Of a stretch of 44,751 nucleotides of DNA, positions 43,040 through 44,751 are shown piece by piece. A program made the translations under genes and the position numbers. The notes below the pieces were generated by a model. That model was not told the DNA's origin. It saw only the letters and a list, made by a program, of their open reading frames with translations, and did not search any database. Source of the DNA: a virus. Within the stretch, counting starts at the first letter, position 1. Each line of letters opens with the position of its first letter. The stretch lies in IMG/VR virus record IMGVR_UViG_3300027863_000006; one strand, given 5' to 3'.

Positions 43040-44137
43040 TCAAATCGTATAATTTTTGCACAAAATCTTATCATACGTATCTGCCCAGATGTTGCCCTTA
43101 GATTGCCATGTCGCATTTTGGAGCACATACTCTGCTTGTTTCTGCCAGAAGTCGTGTCGAGTTCCAGCCGAGTTCATCAGCTCATAGAGCAGCTTCGTCC
43201 ATTCAGTAATCCTATTCTTATGGGCTACGGGACCTGGTAGATGGTTATAGACTGGCATATCACTACTTAAAGCCACAGCTCCAGCGTGCACATATTCATA
43301 ATACTTGATGCTACTCTTAGACCTGTTAAAACGGCTATCCTTTAGATAACAAATCCCAATATCTGGTTTAATCTCATCTAAAGTTTTTTGATACTGGAGC
43401 ACATCTACAAATGGGATATACTCATAGTTCATCTTAGGAAGCTTGTTTAATAGATTCTGACATGCATACTTTATCTCTGGATACTTCCCAGGGAGCCTAA
43501 CTCCTCTTAACAATACCTCTGTGAAATCTCTCTCTGAAGCAAACCCAAATATGATAAGCTTATATGGAATCTCCCTCATCCCCTGCTGCTTCATGTAATA
43601 GTTCAGATCAGATAGTATATCTACAATATCTGAGAGCTCTACATAGTGGCTGCCACCTCCAGCGTAGCATATCTTAATCTCTTTATTGTCATTAGCTTTA
43701 GCGGCAAATCCATCAGAATCTATGAGATTCGGCAATACATAAATGGGCTTTTCTGTTATATTTCTCATCTCTTGAGCTAAATTCTCTGTGCTAACTGTGA
43801 TAAAATCAGCATATCTGGCTATTAACTTTTGTGTATGTGCGTGCTTAGATAACTCAAATGAGGCAGGATTGCTTCTCTCTAAGTTAATTAAAAGATCATC
43901 TGTGTCATATCCTATAAGCTTCTTGCCTCTTTCCTTATCAATATATTCCTTAATTGGATTAAAATCCTTGAAAAGCCTGAAGAATATAACGGAATCATAA
44001 GGAAACCCAGGCAGTTCGCTTTCAAATGTGTCTATTAGAAAGCCTCTCTCCTTGAGATATTTCCTGGGTAGATAAATTCTGTAATACCATGAGCCACTAC
44101 GGGTCTCATTGGAAGCATAAAGTATTGTGTGTGGCAT
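43040..44137 (-). CDS. GT-B-fold glycosyltransferase (group-1-like)
   Basis: Start set at MPHTILYAS, ATG 44137, with AGGAG 7 nt upstream. The C-terminal SIKYYEYVHAGAVALSSDMPVY fits the K..EY.a.G.PvV motif of GT-B enzymes. An N-terminal Rossmann-like YASNETRSGSWYYRIYLP is present. Confidence 0.6.
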   Translation of the reverse strand: MPHTILYASNETRSGSWYYRIYLPRKYLKERGFLIDTFESELPGFPYDSVIFFRLFKDFNPIKEYIDKERGKKLIGYDTDDLLINLERSNPASFELSKHAHTQKLIARYADFITVSTENLAQEMRNITEKPIYVLPNLIDSDGFAAKANDNKEIKICYAGGGSHYVELSDIVDILSDLNYYMKQQGMREIPYKLIIFGFASERDFTEVLLRGVRLPGKYPEIKYACQNLLNKLPKMNYEYIPFVDVLQYQKTLDEIKPDIGICYLKDSRFNRSKSSIKYYEYVHAGAVALSSDMPVYNHLPGPVAHKNRITEWTKLLYELMNSAGTRHDFWQKQAEYVLQNATWQSKGNIWADTYDKILCKNYTI

Positions 44138-44164
44138 GCCCCATCTCCTGAATATCGCCTTAAA

Positions 44165-44193
44165 ATAATACGCATTTTCTCTGATACATGCAA
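44165..44193 (-). promoter_or_regulatory. Sigma70-like promoter (TTGCAT-N17-TATTAT) of the glycosyltransferase gene
   Basis: The minus strand reads cccttacTTGCATgtatcagagaaaatgcgTATTAT. The RBS and ATG follow within about 25 nt. Confidence 0.55.
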
Positions 44194-44200
44194 GTAAGGG

Positions 44201-44262
44201 TGCAAATTTTGCATAGTGAGTATTGCAAAATGCAAGATGATGGCGGCGTTGCAAAATGCAAG
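44201..44262. promoter_or_regulatory. Cluster of TTGCA-type operator-like repeats
   Basis: Palindrome TGCAAAtTTTGCA at 44201..44213. Two direct 14-mers ttgcaaaatgcaag at 44223..44236 and 44249..44262, 26 bp apart. A further ttttgcaaagg lies at about 44313. Confidence 0.55.
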
Positions 44263-44357
44263 GCGGGCGGGTGAGGGAACGCCTGCGTAGCAGTTTTTGT
44301 TTTTCTCTTTTGTTTTGCAAAGGAAACACGAGACACTGCTGTAGTAATTGTATTTAT

Positions 44358-44397
44358 GTCGTGTTTGTGTCGTGTTTGTCGTGTTTATGTCGTGTTT
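44358..44397. repeat. Four copies of GTCGTGTTT spaced 11, 9 and 11 bp
   Basis: Copies start at 44358, 44369, 44378 and 44389. The region lies between a terminator and the glycosyltransferase control region. Confidence 0.8.
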
Positions 44398-44404
44398 GTG
44401 GAAA

Positions 44405-44444
44405 CAAAAAAGCCGTACCCGGCTTGTGGTTTTCGGGTACGGCT
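44405..44444 (-). terminator. Rho-independent terminator of the early-left transcript
   Basis: 11-bp stem agccgtacccg (44411..44421) / cgggtacggct (44434..44444), followed by T6 on the minus strand. It lies 24 nt downstream of the stop of 44468..44650. Confidence 0.75.
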
Positions 44445-44467
44445 GGTGGTGGGGTTGGTCGGTGGGA

Positions 44468-44650
44468 TTATTGGCGTGGTTGTTCGGTGGGTAAATTTTC
44501 TTCAAGCTCCTCAATAAGAAACGTAACATCCTTCAGTGCTTTTCGAATTTCGTTTAGCTGTCCGTTTAAACGAGTGAGTTTGACCTCAAATTGCGATACG
44601 AGGTCTTCAACGAGTTGGACGCTGGCTTTCAGTTCAACTAGGTCAATCAT
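44468..44650 (-). CDS. Small coiled-coil protein
   Basis: 60 aa (LVEDLVSQFEVKLTRLNGQLNEIRKALKDV). GGAG lies 7 nt upstream. The start overlaps the stop of ORF 19..402 across the circular junction as ATGATTGA. Confidence 0.6.
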   Translation of the reverse strand: MIDLVELKASVQLVEDLVSQFEVKLTRLNGQLNEIRKALKDVTFLIEELEENLPTEQPRQ

Positions 44651-44751
44651 TGTTAATCTCCTTCACATCGTCTGCAATGTGTGAATGTTTGACCGCATTC
44701 CGTGCTGACTTGCCGGAGAAGTCAATACCAAGCTGCCGTGCGAGGTCAGCA
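44625..44751. repeat. Second copy of the terminal 127-nt overlap
   Basis: Identical to 1..127. Confidence 0.9.

Noticed and set aside
44138-44329. N-terminal 64 codons of tracked ORF 43040..44329
   Set aside because: The GTG start has no RBS, and this stretch covers the predicted promoter and TTGCA repeats. An AGGAG-supported ATG at 44137 begins the recognisable glycosyltransferase sequence.
44035-44684. Tracked ORFs 44035..44529 (-) and 44256..44684 (+)
   Set aside because: They run across a promoter, operator-like repeats, the GTCGTGTTT array and a strong terminator. They have low-complexity composition and no RBS.
1-44751. Alternative genetic code or stop-codon reassignment
   Set aside because: Very long uninterrupted ORFs (up to 2063 aa) and a complete gene set are obtained with the standard code. 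No systematic in-frame stops were seen.
1-44751. A lysogeny module (integrase, CI-like repressor, attP), tRNA genes
   Set aside because: No tyrosine or serine recombinase motifs, repressor-like HTH-peptidase proteins or cloverleaf-like intergenic sequences were recognised. The intergenic regions are short and are explained by promoters, terminators and repeats.

Overview
The window is a complete, circularly closed dsDNA phage genome. The first 127 nt recur exactly at 44625..44751, so the unique length is about 44,624 bp and the repeat looks like an assembly overlap. The genome is gene-dense with Shine-Dalgarno sites and sigma70-like promoters, so the host is bacterial.

There are three transcription blocks:
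1. A plus-strand replication, recombination and anti-restriction block at 4051..12869. It holds Dam methylase, a RadC-like JAB protein, a Rad52-like annealase, a Cas4-like nuclease, a PrimPol-helicase, VRR-NUC, a DnaQ-like exonuclease and an HTH protein.
2. A roughly 30-kb minus-strand morphogenesis and lysis block running 42805 down to 12670. It holds a C92 amidase, TerS, TerL, a SAM methyltransferase, portal, scaffold, major capsid, a LamG protein, holin-like proteins, large tail or fibre proteins, a 2063-aa ejection-like giant, an SLT transglycosylase, DUF3008 and a PurD-like ATP-grasp.
3. Small minus-strand cassettes around the circular junction.

I recognised no tape measure, sheath or tube, so the virion looks podovirus-like. 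I also recognised no integrase, repressor, DNA polymerase, tRNA or CRISPR.

The main finding is a tightly coupled minus-strand operon at 690..3904. It encodes a ubiquitin-like beta-grasp protein, an E2-like protein (HPN...Cys), a minimal ThiF/E1-like adenylase and a JAMM/JAB peptidase, plus an unknown fifth gene. This is a full Bil-like ubiquitin-like conjugation toolkit carried by a phage. It is bracketed by two copies of the same promoter and iteron module.

Other points worth a second look:
- a 5 x 21-bp iteron array
- a Cas4-like nuclease with a DnaJ-type zinc-finger insertion
- a 200-nt convergent gene overlap
- a stand-alone glycosyltransferase cassette with dense TTGCA-type repeats
- a PurD-like ATP-grasp at the end of the late operon
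- several small unannotated ORFs

All functional calls come from motif reading by eye. No database search was run.
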